From an uncultured Mycoplasmatota bacterium (lineage in GTDB: Bacteria > Bacillota_I > Bacilli_A > RF39 > UBA660): a stretch of 64,000 bases of DNA. Each line of letters starts with the position of its first letter. Position 1 is the stretch's first letter. This document shows, one piece after another, positions 48,032 through 57,801 of the stretch. The DNA is taken from the NCBI GenBank assembly GCA_900553395.1, contig USDJ01000008.1, positions 2,689 through 66,688 of the forward strand, in the 5' to 3' direction. The notes under the pieces were generated by a model, which was given only the letters and a program-made list of their open reading frames with translations, was not told where the DNA came from and did no database searches. A program made the translations under genes and the position numbers.

Positions 48032-50089
48032 TCAATAATCGATATCCTCTTTATTATTTTTCATTTCAATTGTCGCTTCATTTACTGCATCATCAAATGT
48101 TTTAATAGCATCAGTAATAATACTATATCCACTAGCAGCTCCAAATCCATGAGATAAATTTTTAAACTCTTTATTTAATTTTCTTAAATATGAAATAACT
48201 TGTTTTTCAGTGTACCCTACTAAATAAAGTAAAAATTCGTTTCCATCTGTTCTTATTATTTCACTATTGTGTAATTGATGCTGCATTAATATATTAGCAG
48301 CCTCAGTAATAACTTTATCCCCTTCTTCTCTACCATAATTATCGTTAATATAAGAAATATTATTTAAATCTATAATAATTATAGCTTGAGGGTAAACTTC
48401 TGAATCATCCCAAGATTCTATTCTACTATTTAAGTATGCTCTGTTTTTTAATGAAGTAAGTTGATCAATATATTTAATTTTATCTTCTTTAGAAAGATGT
48501 ACACGTTTATTTTTTCTAACTCTTGATATCATTACTTTTATATGATTATAAAAGTCAACTACAACATATATTAATAATATAATAATTACAATAACCAATA
48601 TATAAGTTATATTAACATTTTCATAAGCAATACTACTATAATTATCAGAAATCAAAGTTTTTATTGAACTAAATTTAATATAAAAATCAAATAACTCTTT
48701 AAAAGTATTATTATCTTCTGTAGAATTTATAACATAACTATATTTATCATCAATATTTAAAATACAATTAATTTTACTATCTTTAAATGACGAAGTTTTA
48801 TAATATGTGTAATTATCTAAATCAACTATAGCTATATCATTTAAGCCAAAATCTTTTGCTAAATCTGCTAAATTATTATATGATTTAACTTTTACATCAT
48901 TTTCTATTAAATAGTTTTCTAAGTATGTGTCTTTTACAGTTAATACTTCTTTATTTTCTAGAGAGGTAATATTTTCTATTACGTCAGAGTTTTGAATGCC
49001 CGAAATTACAACAACATTTTTATCAAAAGCTCCATAAGTCTTATATACTTCATTTTTATAATTGTCATCTGCAACTATATCAAGTACAAAATCAACTTTA
49101 TTAGAATTAAAATCTTCCATAAGCTTACTAATGCTATTATATCTTGTATACGTAATAGAAAGTCCGGTTACTTCGTTAAAATTCTTTAGTACTAATCCAC
49201 TTAATCCTGATATCTTATTGCCTTTTAGATTGTTGTATATTCCATAGTTAATAAAACCATATACATAACTTTTACTCTTTAATTTTTTTTGTTCACCATC
49301 ACTAATGTTTTTCTCTTTAAAGTAAAAATTCATTAGAGATTCATAATATGCTTTAGAAAAATTATCTTCTTGCCAAGAATTATATGACTTATGTAGTATA
49401 CTATTTAATTCTTTAGCCCCTGATGTTGTTAGAACAAAGTACTCATTTAAATCCGTAAACTCAAATGAAATATTTGAATCATCTTCTACTAATTCTTTAG
49501 TAAAAAGTGATTTTAAAATCAAAATTCCATCTACACCAGATGTAGACTCTTTTTCATCTCTAAAAGCTTTAAGTTTATCAGAATCACTATATTCGATAAG
49601 TTCTACATTTTTTTCTTTAAAATAATCAGAAACAACTTCTATATCTTGTGATAATACTCCCAACTTTAAATTAGATATTTCATCTAATGATTTAAATACT
49701 TTATTATTTTTTGTAACTAAGACAAAGTCATCTTTTAAAAGAACAATGTCATTATCACCTGGTAATGTGACAAGATCCATTTTATAATTATAATCATTAG
49801 TATTGCTAACTTTATATGAAATAGCATTAAAATTTAATGAGGTTTTATCTGTGACGTAATCTAAAAACTCATATAACACACCAGTTCCTTCATAACTCAA
49901 AGCTGGTATATCATTTAAAACTGCCACATCAATAACATTAAATTTATTAGAATTAATCCATTTATTTTCATCTAAGTTTAATGAATTTTTATTTTTAAAA
50001 TTAAAAGTAAAATATAAAATTGTAACTATAGCTAATATAACTAATACTACTATAGTTATCAAAACACCTTTTTTATTATTTTTTTTCAT
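48032..50089 (-). CDS. Membrane protein with extracytoplasmic solute-binding-like domains and a degenerate GGDEF domain
   Basis: N-terminal TM, ~470-aa external region, second TM, then a GGDEF-fold pattern (IIIDLNNISYINDNYGREEGDKVI...). DGNEF (48233-48247) replaces GG(D/E)EF. Confidence 0.7.
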   Translation of the reverse strand: MKKNNKKGVLITIVVLVILAIVTILYFTFNFKNKNSLNLDENKWINSNKFNVIDVAVLNDIPALSYEGTGVLYEFLDYVTDKTSLNFNAISYKVSNTNDYNYKMDLVTLPGDNDIVLLKDDFVLVTKNNKVFKSLDEISNLKLGVLSQDIEVVSDYFKEKNVELIEYSDSDKLKAFRDEKESTSGVDGILILKSLFTKELVEDDSNISFEFTDLNEYFVLTTSGAKELNSILHKSYNSWQEDNFSKAYYESLMNFYFKEKNISDGEQKKLKSKSYVYGFINYGIYNNLKGNKISGLSGLVLKNFNEVTGLSITYTRYNSISKLMEDFNSNKVDFVLDIVADDNYKNEVYKTYGAFDKNVVVISGIQNSDVIENITSLENKEVLTVKDTYLENYLIENDVKVKSYNNLADLAKDFGLNDIAIVDLDNYTYYKTSSFKDSKINCILNIDDKYSYVINSTEDNNTFKELFDFYIKFSSIKTLISDNYSSIAYENVNITYILVIVIIILLIYVVVDFYNHIKVMISRVRKNKRVHLSKEDKIKYIDQLTSLKNRAYLNSRIESWDDSEVYPQAIIIIDLNNISYINDNYGREEGDKVITEAANILMQHQLHNSEIIRTDGNEFLLYLVGYTEKQVISYLRKLNKEFKNLSHGFGAASGYSIITDAIKTFDDAVNEATIEMKNNKEDIDY

Positions 50090-50098
50090 ATACAACAC

Positions 50099-50557
50099 CT
50101 ACCAAGAAAATTCGGTTTTGGATTTATGCTTGTAACCTATTTGTGGATAAACAGTACTTTCTTTATTATCACTTTCATAGAAAATTTCCACATCATAATA
50201 ACTTAAATTCTCTTCACTAAATCCTTCTAGTAAACTATTACTAACATTTTTAACCGTATCAAAGTCTACATCTTCACTTAAGTTTACAAATATTCTTATA
50301 ATCTTAGACTTAACATATATTTTTACATTTTTAACTTTGCCAAGTTCATTAAGCTTTTCTTTAACCGAATCTTTTTCTGCACTTGTTAACTTATAATTTT
50401 CAATTCCTTTATATCTATTGCCATTAGAGCTTGAAAATAAATTTTTATATATTAATACTAATAAAACTACAAATAATATGACAACACCTAATATTATTGC
50501 TCTTTTTGGAGTTACTATCTTTTCTAGTTTTACATTACTCTTTTTCTTTTTACTCAC
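50099..50557 (-). CDS. Small membrane-anchored protein
   Basis: Single N-terminal TM helix. No motif recognised. Confidence 0.5.
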   Translation of the reverse strand: MSKKKKSNVKLEKIVTPKRAIILGVVILFVVLLVLIYKNLFSSSNGNRYKGIENYKLTSAEKDSVKEKLNELGKVKNVKIYVKSKIIRIFVNLSEDVDFDTVKNVSNSLLEGFSEENLSYYDVEIFYESDNKESTVYPQIGYKHKSKTEFSW

Positions 50558-50586
50558 ACTTTCACCTCACTAAAAAACTAGAAGAA

Positions 50587-51012
50587 TTAATTTTCTCCTT
50601 GTTCTAATTTTTTTAGTATTTCCTTTGTCACTAAAATAGCCTTTTCTCTAACCATATTAGCTGATTTTTCTAAGACAGGAGTACCTTTTTCAATAACAAG
50701 TTCAACCAATTCTTCTGATTTGTTTTTTATTTGCTCAGCTTTTTTCTTTGCTATTTTTAAAGCTTTTTCTTTGTCTAAGTCTTGAATTTCATCCATTATC
50801 TCATTAACTTTAGATTGAATATTGTTTTTTAACTCATCTGAATCTACATCTTTTATTTTCAAAATAAGTTCATCTACTTTTTTCTTTAAGGCTTCTCTAT
50901 TTTCTTTTCCATTTTTCTTTGAAAACAACATTCCTATTCCAACACCTACACCAGCACCTAATAAAAACTTACCAAAACCGCTTTTTTTATTTTTACTCAT
51001 CTTCATCATCAT
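50587..51012 (-). CDS. YtxH-domain protein
   Basis: FGKFLLGAGVGVGIGMLFSKKNGKENRE followed by a long helix. Start is ambiguous among the ATGs at 51012/51006/51000. Confidence 0.65.
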   Translation of the reverse strand: MMMKMSKNKKSGFGKFLLGAGVGVGIGMLFSKKNGKENREALKKKVDELILKIKDVDSDELKNNIQSKVNEIMDEIQDLDKEKALKIAKKKAEQIKNKSEELVELVIEKGTPVLEKSANMVREKAILVTKEILKKLEQGEN

Positions 51013-51283
51013 TTCCTTTCTTTTTTTTAAATAAAGAGTTTACAAAGTTAGATATACCATTAACGATTTTATCACTTATTGTTGATGCATAATCAGTTGT
51101 TTTATCAATTATTTCAAATACACCATTTACCTTACGCATCTTTCCATTCACATCGTCTATAACATCATCTATTTTTGTTAAAGTCTTTATTAATTTTATT
51201 CCAAGAATTATTAAAATAATCACTAATATTATTAAAAACAAATAAAGTAAAATAGGCAATAATTCATTTAGTTCTATCGTCAT
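50993..51283 (-). CDS. DUF948-type membrane protein
   Basis: N-terminal TM helix followed by LTKIDDVIDDVNGKM..VNGVFE. Confidence 0.55.
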   Translation of the reverse strand: MTIELNELLPILLYLFLIILVIILIILGIKLIKTLTKIDDVIDDVNGKMRKVNGVFEIIDKTTDYASTISDKIVNGISNFVNSLFKKKKGNDDEDE

Positions 51284-52041
51284 TAATTTTCATCCCCATC
51301 TTTATATAAAGTTGAATCTATAAATCCAAGCAAATCTTCTTCGTCTAAATTCTCATCATTTTTAATATTCTTTTTCAAGTCTTCATCAGAATACTTCTCT
51401 TTTTTTATCAATAATTCATCTAATTCTTTACTTATATCATCAGTTAAATTTGATAATTTATCCTCGCTGATCTCAGTAAGAGAAGAATCTTCTTTAGGCT
51501 CTTCATCTTTAAAAAGTATTGAGTTATTTCCAAATAAAGTATTTTCTAGTTCATCTTCTAATGTACCATAAGCTTTGTTTCTAACAGAATCAATAGATGG
51601 CTCTGATGAATCAATGCTTGGTTCAGTATCCTTTTTTGAAACAATATCTTCTTTATGATAATTTTTATCTAAAATTCCATATACTGGTGAAATTATAGGT
51701 GTTGGTTTAAACACCTTCTTTTCCTCTTTTTCCTTTTCCTTAGTTTCTGAAGAAATATTATAAAATTCTCTTTCTCTAGTTTTTGGCTTGTCCTCTTTTT
51801 TAGTATCTTCTACTAAATTTAAATCCTTGAAGTCACTATCATCGAAAAATACAGGTTTTGCAGTTTTTTCCTCAGCTTTGAATTCAAAATTATTTACAAC
51901 CTTTTCTTCAAAATCGTCTTTTGTTGCAGAAGGAGATTCTATAGCTACGTGTGTAACCTCACTTTTTACCTGTTCAACTTTTACATCATCATCTTCTACT
52001 TCTTCAGTAAACATATTTTTTATTTTATCTAAAAATCCCAT
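51283..52041 (-). CDS. Highly acidic protein with N-terminal amphipathic helix
   Basis: MGFLDKIKNMF start, about 30% D/E and a PIISPVYGILD motif. No family assigned. Confidence 0.5.
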   Translation of the reverse strand: MGFLDKIKNMFTEEVEDDDVKVEQVKSEVTHVAIESPSATKDDFEEKVVNNFEFKAEEKTAKPVFFDDSDFKDLNLVEDTKKEDKPKTREREFYNISSETKEKEKEEKKVFKPTPIISPVYGILDKNYHKEDIVSKKDTEPSIDSSEPSIDSVRNKAYGTLEDELENTLFGNNSILFKDEEPKEDSSLTEISEDKLSNLTDDISKELDELLIKKEKYSDEDLKKNIKNDENLDEEDLLGFIDSTLYKDGDEN

Positions 52042-52043
52042 TT

Positions 52044-52676
52044 TTACCTCTCCTCAACCATTTCATTCTCTTTTTCTAGTTTGAATTTTTCACTATTACC
52101 ATCGGTACTATAGTTGTTATATTTACCAGTTTTATTGGTAAAATAATCCTCGTCTAACATTAAATTAATTATATCATCATTATACTTTATAGTTGATAAA
52201 ATATATGACGAATTTAGTATTACATTATTTAAAGATTCCTTTGTAGTCTGAACTTCTATCTTAGCATAATTGTAAACAAATTTGACATAATACATATTAT
52301 CATTTTCTGTAATTTCTAAGTATCCATAATATTTAAACTTGTCATTAAGTTCAGGTGAAATAAATCTAGAATAATACATATTATTATCTTCCTTATAATC
52401 AATCTTAGACTTATAACTATAATTTACTATATCTATATATAAGTAGTAATACGTACCATTAGAATACAATATATCATTTAAATCATCACTACCTATATAA
52501 GTAACTCCTCCTGGAAGATAGTACTTATACCCCTGACCAGTTTGATTATATAGTTTATTATTTTTTGTTAATACAACATTTAATATATTGTCAATATTAG
52601 ATGTATCAATTCTAACTACAGAACATCCTGTTAACAATATCAAAACAAGTACCATTATAATAATATTTTTCCTCAT
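52044..52676 (-). CDS. Lipoprotein
   Basis: Lipobox LLTGC after a signal peptide (MRKNIIIMVLVLILLTGCS). Confidence 0.7.
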   Translation of the reverse strand: MRKNIIIMVLVLILLTGCSVVRIDTSNIDNILNVVLTKNNKLYNQTGQGYKYYLPGGVTYIGSDDLNDILYSNGTYYYLYIDIVNYSYKSKIDYKEDNNMYYSRFISPELNDKFKYYGYLEITENDNMYYVKFVYNYAKIEVQTTKESLNNVILNSSYILSTIKYNDDIINLMLDEDYFTNKTGKYNNYSTDGNSEKFKLEKENEMVEER

Positions 52677-52755
52677 GATACACCTTCCGTTATTATTATA
52701 TCAAAAAAATATATTTTTTTCTATACTTATTCAAAATATAATGCTATTTAAATAT

Positions 52756-53382
52756 CTATTTTCTTACATCAACTTTATATATGGGGTAACCTAAACTACT
52801 AAATTTAGTTTCATATTCAGTTTTAATATTATCGCTTAGATCCTCTTTGTACATATCTAAACTAATATCTTCTATAATATATCCATAATTGCTAAAAGAA
52901 ACTATAGAATATTCGAATAATTTTCTATTGTCAGTTTTCATTATAATACGATTAGTTCCGCTAAATAAAGAATCATACTTTGATAAAAAATTTTTACTAG
53001 TAAGTCGCCTATTCTCATGTCTATTTTTAGGCCAAGGATCAGAAAAGTTTAAATATATTGTATCTATCTCTTTATAAAAGACTTTTTCTATTTCATTAGC
53101 GTCCATCCTAATGAGTCTCAAATTAGGAATATCTTCATTTATTTTCTCTATTGCTCTAACTATAACACTATCAAATTTTTCAATTCCTATAAAATTTATA
53201 TCTGGATATTTCTTAGCCATACCAATTATAAAGTCTCCCTTACCCATACCTATTTCTATATGTAATGGATTATTATTAGAAAATACATCTTTAAAATGTC
53301 CTTTATATTCTTCATAGTTTTTTATTATATAAGGGGAACTATTTATAATTTCACTAGCACCTTTAACATTTCTAAGTCTCAT
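52756..53382 (-). CDS. trmB: tRNA (guanine-N7)-methyltransferase
   Basis: IEIGMGKGDF (SAM site) and NFSDPWPKNRHENRRL. Confidence 0.85.
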   Translation of the reverse strand: MRLRNVKGASEIINSSPYIIKNYEEYKGHFKDVFSNNNPLHIEIGMGKGDFIIGMAKKYPDINFIGIEKFDSVIVRAIEKINEDIPNLRLIRMDANEIEKVFYKEIDTIYLNFSDPWPKNRHENRRLTSKNFLSKYDSLFSGTNRIIMKTDNRKLFEYSIVSFSNYGYIIEDISLDMYKEDLSDNIKTEYETKFSSLGYPIYKVDVRK

Positions 53383-53458
53383 AAAATCACCTAAATTATT
53401 ATAACATATTTTAAGAATATTAGAAATATAATGCATATAATTTATTGTAGGAGGTTAT

Positions 53459-53734
53459 ATGAAAGATAAAAGAAATTGTGGTGCGAATATGTATCCTATT
53501 TATCAAGCACCTATGATGGTTCCACCTTTTCCTATGGGAGTGCAACCAAACTATCAAGGCTATCAAAGCTATCCATCTAGTAATTTATCAACTAACACTA
53601 TTGAACAACAAATAAATAATTTAGAGCAACAGGTAAATCTATTAGACCAAAGAGTCACTAGACTTGAAAAAATGAATAATACTACTACAAACAATTATAG
53701 TAAATATAGTGATTCAAGTTACTATATGGTATAA
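53459..53734 (+). CDS. Small P/Q/Y-rich protein with C-terminal coiled coil (possible spore-coat-type protein)
   Basis: GGAGG RBS. N-terminus is YPIYQAPMMVPPFPMGVQPNYQGYQSY. The function call is speculative. Confidence 0.45.
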   Translation: MKDKRNCGANMYPIYQAPMMVPPFPMGVQPNYQGYQSYPSSNLSTNTIEQQINNLEQQVNLLDQRVTRLEKMNNTTTNNYSKYSDSSYYMV

Positions 53735-53758
53735 AAGAAACTCAGTTTCTTTTTTTTA
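53734..53758 (+). terminator. Rho-independent terminator
   Basis: AAAGAAAC-TCA-GTTTCTTT followed by TTTTT. Confidence 0.7.
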
Positions 53759-53837
53759 TAAGCATTACACTTAATATTATAAATTATCGTATAAAAAAAT
53801 TTGTTTCTAATCATTATAAATTTGAAAGGAGATATTT

Positions 53838-54044
53838 ATGGATATAGATATTAGAGAAAGTATTAAAAACAATTTTAAAGGCAGTGATATTAATGAAATA
53901 AAAGATTCAATAGAGGAATCTATAAAAGATGCTGATGAAATAACTCTTCCAGGATTAGGTGTATTTTTTGAGATACTTTGGAATAATTCTAGTAAAGAAG
54001 ATCAAGAGGCAATATTGAAAAACATAAAAAAAGGACTAAACTAG
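53838..54044 (+). CDS. sspI: Small acid-soluble spore protein SspI family
   Basis: Colinear with B. subtilis SspI from memory (MD..(L/I)R..I......(S/D)..E(L/I)...I...I....E..LPGLGV.FE..W). AAGGAG RBS. Confidence 0.7.
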   Translation: MDIDIRESIKNNFKGSDINEIKDSIEESIKDADEITLPGLGVFFEILWNNSSKEDQEAILKNIKKGLN

Positions 54045-54049
54045 TCCTT

Positions 54050-55411
54050 TTAAAATTGAATTCTAGAATTGATATAATCTTTTAAGTCATCTAATGAAAC
54101 AACTTCTTGTTTCATTGTATCTCTATATCTTACCGTAACAGTATTATTATTTAGGGTTTCATCATCAATAGTTACACAAAATGGAGTTCCTATAATGTCT
54201 TCTCTTCTATAACGTTTACCTATATTTCCTGATTCATCATAAGTAGCCATAAATGACTTAGATATATCTTTGTATATTTCCATAGCTTTTTCACTATGAA
54301 ATTTTTTAACCAATGGTAAAATTGCTACTTTATAAGGTGCTAAATAAGGATGAAATTTCATAACCTCTCTAGTAGTTCCATCTTCTAAAGTCTCTTTATG
54401 ATAAGCATTAAATAGTAAGGCTAAAACAGTTCTATCAAGACCATATGTAGATTCAATAATATATGGAATAAATTTTTCGTTTGTCTCTGGATCTAAATAT
54501 TCCATACTCTTTCCACTATATTGTTGATGTCTAGTTAAGTCAAAATTAGTACGATTATGAGTTCCGTTTATCTCACCCCAACCAAATGGAAATTTATACT
54601 CTATATCACAAGCAGCTTTAGCATAATGAGCAAGTTTTTCATGATCGTGAAATCTTAAATCCTCACTTGGAATTCCAAGATCCATATAAAATTTCTTACC
54701 ATACTCTTTAAAGTATTCATATAACTCTGTGTCACTGCCTTCTTTACAGAATGTTTGAAATTCCATTTGTTCAAATTCTATTGTTCTAAATGTAAAATTT
54801 CCTGGAGTTATTTCATTTCTAAAAGCTTTTCCTATTTGTCCAACACTAAAAGGTAATTTAGCTCTCATACTTCTTTGAACATTTAAAAAGTTAACATATT
54901 CACCCTGCGCATTTTCTGGTCTCAAATAAACAACACTTTTAGCATCTTGTATAACACCCCTATAAGTTTCAAACATCAACTTAAATTGTCTAATATCAGT
55001 AAAATTAGTCTTACCACATTTAGGACAAGGCACATGGTTATCATTAATATATTTTACCATTTCCTCATTAGTCATAGCATCTCCAATTGAAGAATTAGTA
55101 TAATCGTTAATAAGATTATCTGCTCTATGTCTTGTCTTACATTCTTTACAATCAATCAAAGGATCTGCAAAAGAGTCAACGTGTCCTGATGCTTGCCAAA
55201 CTCTAGGATGCATTAATATATCTGCATCTAATTCATAACTATTAATTCTCTCTTGAATAAATCTCTTTCTCCAGGCATCCTTAACATTATTTTTTAATCT
55301 GCTTCCTAAAGGTCCATAATCCCAAGTATTTGCAAGTCCATCATATATTTCACTACCTTGAAATATAAAACCATATTGTTTACAATAATTAACCATATCT
55401 TCCATTTTCAT
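54050..55411 (-). CDS. glyQS: Glycine--tRNA ligase (dimeric GlyQS type)
   Basis: GFIFQGSEIYDGLANTWDYGPLG and class II motifs; ~450 aa. Confidence 0.9.
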   Translation of the reverse strand: MKMEDMVNYCKQYGFIFQGSEIYDGLANTWDYGPLGSRLKNNVKDAWRKRFIQERINSYELDADILMHPRVWQASGHVDSFADPLIDCKECKTRHRADNLINDYTNSSIGDAMTNEEMVKYINDNHVPCPKCGKTNFTDIRQFKLMFETYRGVIQDAKSVVYLRPENAQGEYVNFLNVQRSMRAKLPFSVGQIGKAFRNEITPGNFTFRTIEFEQMEFQTFCKEGSDTELYEYFKEYGKKFYMDLGIPSEDLRFHDHEKLAHYAKAACDIEYKFPFGWGEINGTHNRTNFDLTRHQQYSGKSMEYLDPETNEKFIPYIIESTYGLDRTVLALLFNAYHKETLEDGTTREVMKFHPYLAPYKVAILPLVKKFHSEKAMEIYKDISKSFMATYDESGNIGKRYRREDIIGTPFCVTIDDETLNNNTVTVRYRDTMKQEVVSLDDLKDYINSRIQF

Positions 55412-55569
55412 ATTTTTTCCTCCTTAAAAATAAAAAATCCCTACATATATAAGGGCCCATATATGGGCGGTTCCACCTTATTTATTCCTAGGAATCTCTC
55501 TATAATATATTGCTCTTGGTTTCCAAGCCAGTCATTGCATTTAATAATAATATTATTTTAAATCAAAAT
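55412..55569 (-). promoter_or_regulatory. T-box leader upstream of glyQS (compact)
   Basis: Minus strand: hairpin AUUCCUAGGAAU, then AAUAAGGUGGAACCGCC (T-box core, ~55466-55480 on +), then GC hairpins and UUUUUUAUUUUU just before the AGGAGG RBS. Confidence 0.65.
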
Positions 55570-55782
55570 TTAACCATTGTCAATGTTTTCTTCGCAAACA
55601 CCTTCACCTGGTTTTGCACCTTCTACATAAGTTTTATTCATTAATTCACATGAAGATTTTGTAATTGAATCCTGCAAGTAGCCACCCAACAATTTAACTA
55701 AACTAACAACTATTACACTTATAACTGCTATAATTAGTAAATATTCAACCAAAGCTTGCCCTCTGTTATCTAGTTTCTTCAT
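55570..55782 (-). CDS. flp: Flp/Fap-family type IVb pilin
   Basis: MKKLDNRG-QALVEYLLIIAVISVIVV carries the G/xxxxEY class III signal-peptide motif; 70 aa. Confidence 0.7.
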   Translation of the reverse strand: MKKLDNRGQALVEYLLIIAVISVIVVSLVKLLGGYLQDSITKSSCELMNKTYVEGAKPGEGVCEENIDNG

Positions 55783-55895
55783 ATAAATAACCTCCAGTAC
55801 TATAAATCTAGTTTATAACTTTTTTGTGTTTTTGTCAATATAGTGGTATAATTTGAATGGTGATTTGTGTGATACTAAAGCAAAATAATAAATGT

Positions 55896-56183
55896 ATGAA
55901 TATAAAAGTTTGCAACAATATTTTTTCTAGATTTAAAGGATTTATGTTTAAAAAAAGTATAGATATAATATTATGTTTCCCTAAATGTAATAGTGTTCAT
56001 ACGTTTTTCATGAAATGTCCAATAGATATCATTATGACAGACAAAAATTATAAAGTTTTACTTATTTATAAAAATTTTCAAAAGAACAAAGTTATATTAC
56101 CTAAAAAAAATGTTTATTATACATTTGAAATGCCAACAAATACTTTTAGCCTAAATATTGGAGAAAATTTAACTATAATATAA
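55896..56183 (+). CDS. DUF192-family protein
   Basis: SRFKGFMF.....ILCF..CNSVHTFFMK.PIDIIM.D matches the DUF192 pattern (R.rGLM...l.gmlF...siH.fgM..plDi.f.d). Confidence 0.55.
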   Translation: MNIKVCNNIFSRFKGFMFKKSIDIILCFPKCNSVHTFFMKCPIDIIMTDKNYKVLLIYKNFQKNKVILPKKNVYYTFEMPTNTFSLNIGENLTII

Positions 56184-56186
56184 AGA

Positions 56187-56207
56187 AAAAGCCAAACGGC
56201 TTTTTTT
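56187..56207. terminator. Bidirectional terminator
   Basis: AAAAGCC-AAAC-GGCTTTT with flanking A-run and T-run. Confidence 0.6.
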
Positions 56208-57111
56208 AAATCTTTAAATACTTTCTTACAGCTTTGTAACTTCCAAACATACCTACTACCATTCCTATTACAACAAGTAATAAAGAAATCCAATATACAA
56301 ATGGTGCTGGATGTATTAATTTTACAAATTGTGAAAATAATTGTCCACCAAAATGATCATATAAAGCAGTATATCCATATATTGTAATCATAATAGGTAT
56401 TAATGATCCTAAAACACCTAATAATAAACCTTCAAATATAAATGGAATCTTTATATTTATATTACTAGCACCTACTAAGCGCATTATTTCTATTTCTCTT
56501 TTTCTTGACATTATAGTTATTTTTATTGTATTAGTAATCAAAAATGCGGTAACAATTATAAGGGCTATCACAATACCTATAGAACAAACTCTAACAATAT
56601 CAAAAGCTGATACCAGTTGTTCTACCATGCCCTCACCATATTTAACAACATCAACCTTATCTATATTTTTTATCTCTTCAGCTGTTTTATTTATCAAGTT
56701 TATATCATCAACTTTTATCTGATAAGTATCCTGTATAGGACTATCTTCTCTTGTAAATCCTGACATTATACTCTTCCAAGTATCAGATGATTCCATCATA
56801 TCTTCAGATATATCCATCTTATCTCTAAAAACTACATTTTCTTTTGATATATTATCTAGTGATATAATCTTATCATATACATCATCTATTTCTTCTGTAG
56901 TTATATCTACATCAAGAAAAGCAACTATAGTTACATCTTTCTCTACTATTTCTGTAAAATTATTAACATTAAAAGATAAAACGACTGATACTGCAACTAC
57001 CATAAGTGTGATAGTAATACAAGAAACAGAAGCTAAAGAAAGAGAAAAATTTCTAAATACGCTTTTAAATGAATCTCTTATATTTCTTCCAAGTATTCTA
57101 AAGGCTTTCAT
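56206..57111 (-). CDS. ftsX: Cell-division ABC permease-like protein FtsX
   Basis: FtsX topology (TM1, large loop, 3 TM). Overlaps and follows ftsE. Confidence 0.85.
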   Translation of the reverse strand: MKAFRILGRNIRDSFKSVFRNFSLSLASVSCITITLMVVAVSVVLSFNVNNFTEIVEKDVTIVAFLDVDITTEEIDDVYDKIISLDNISKENVVFRDKMDISEDMMESSDTWKSIMSGFTREDSPIQDTYQIKVDDINLINKTAEEIKNIDKVDVVKYGEGMVEQLVSAFDIVRVCSIGIVIALIIVTAFLITNTIKITIMSRKREIEIMRLVGASNINIKIPFIFEGLLLGVLGSLIPIMITIYGYTALYDHFGGQLFSQFVKLIHPAPFVYWISLLLVVIGMVVGMFGSYKAVRKYLKI

Positions 57112-57793
57112 CTTTATATTCTCCTTCCTTATAGTCTTTTACAATTCTTCCAGAATCAAGTAATACGACTCTTTTCTTCATTTTTTTAACTATATCTATA
57201 TCATGCGTTACCATTATTACTGTAGTTCCAAGCTCGTTTATAGCTTTTAATACATCCATAATTTCCATACTAGTTTTAGGATCCAAATTACCAGTTGGCT
57301 CATCACATATTAAAATTTTAGGACCATTTACTATAGCTCTAGCAATCGCAACTCTTTGTTGTTCACCACCTGATAAATGATTAGGATATTGTTTTGCTTT
57401 ACTCTTTAGCCCAACAAGATCCAAAACCTTCATGACTTTAGGATGGATTTCACTTTTAGGTAGTCCTAAAACCTCTAGCGCAAATGCTACATTCTCATAA
57501 GCTGTTGAGTGTGGTAACAATTGGTAATTTTGGAAAACAACGCCTATTTTTCTTCTCAATTTATAAACTTTACGATTTCTTATCTTACCTACATCAAGAC
57601 CACCAATAAGTATTTTTCCACTAGTTGGCTTTTCCTCTCTATAAAGCATTTTAGTTAGAGTACTTTTGCCACATCCAGTAGAACCTATAATAAAAACAAA
57701 CTCTCCTTTTTTTATTGTTAAATTCAAATCATATATTGCAGTTATTCCTGTTTTATATGTCTTTTTTACATCTTTAATTCTTATTAAATCCAT
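57098..57793 (-). CDS. ftsE: Cell-division ATP-binding protein FtsE
   Basis: Walker A GSTGCGKST, LSGGEQQR, ILICDEPTGNLD. Confidence 0.9.
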   Translation of the reverse strand: MDLIRIKDVKKTYKTGITAIYDLNLTIKKGEFVFIIGSTGCGKSTLTKMLYREEKPTSGKILIGGLDVGKIRNRKVYKLRRKIGVVFQNYQLLPHSTAYENVAFALEVLGLPKSEIHPKVMKVLDLVGLKSKAKQYPNHLSGGEQQRVAIARAIVNGPKILICDEPTGNLDPKTSMEIMDVLKAINELGTTVIMVTHDIDIVKKMKKRVVLLDSGRIVKDYKEGEYKDESL

Positions 57794-57801
57794 ACTATCT
57801 C

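Noticed and set aside
55358-55561. 67-aa + strand ORF between glyQS and flp.
   Set aside because: It lies antisense across the glyQS start and the T-box leader, which is a better explanation of the sequence.
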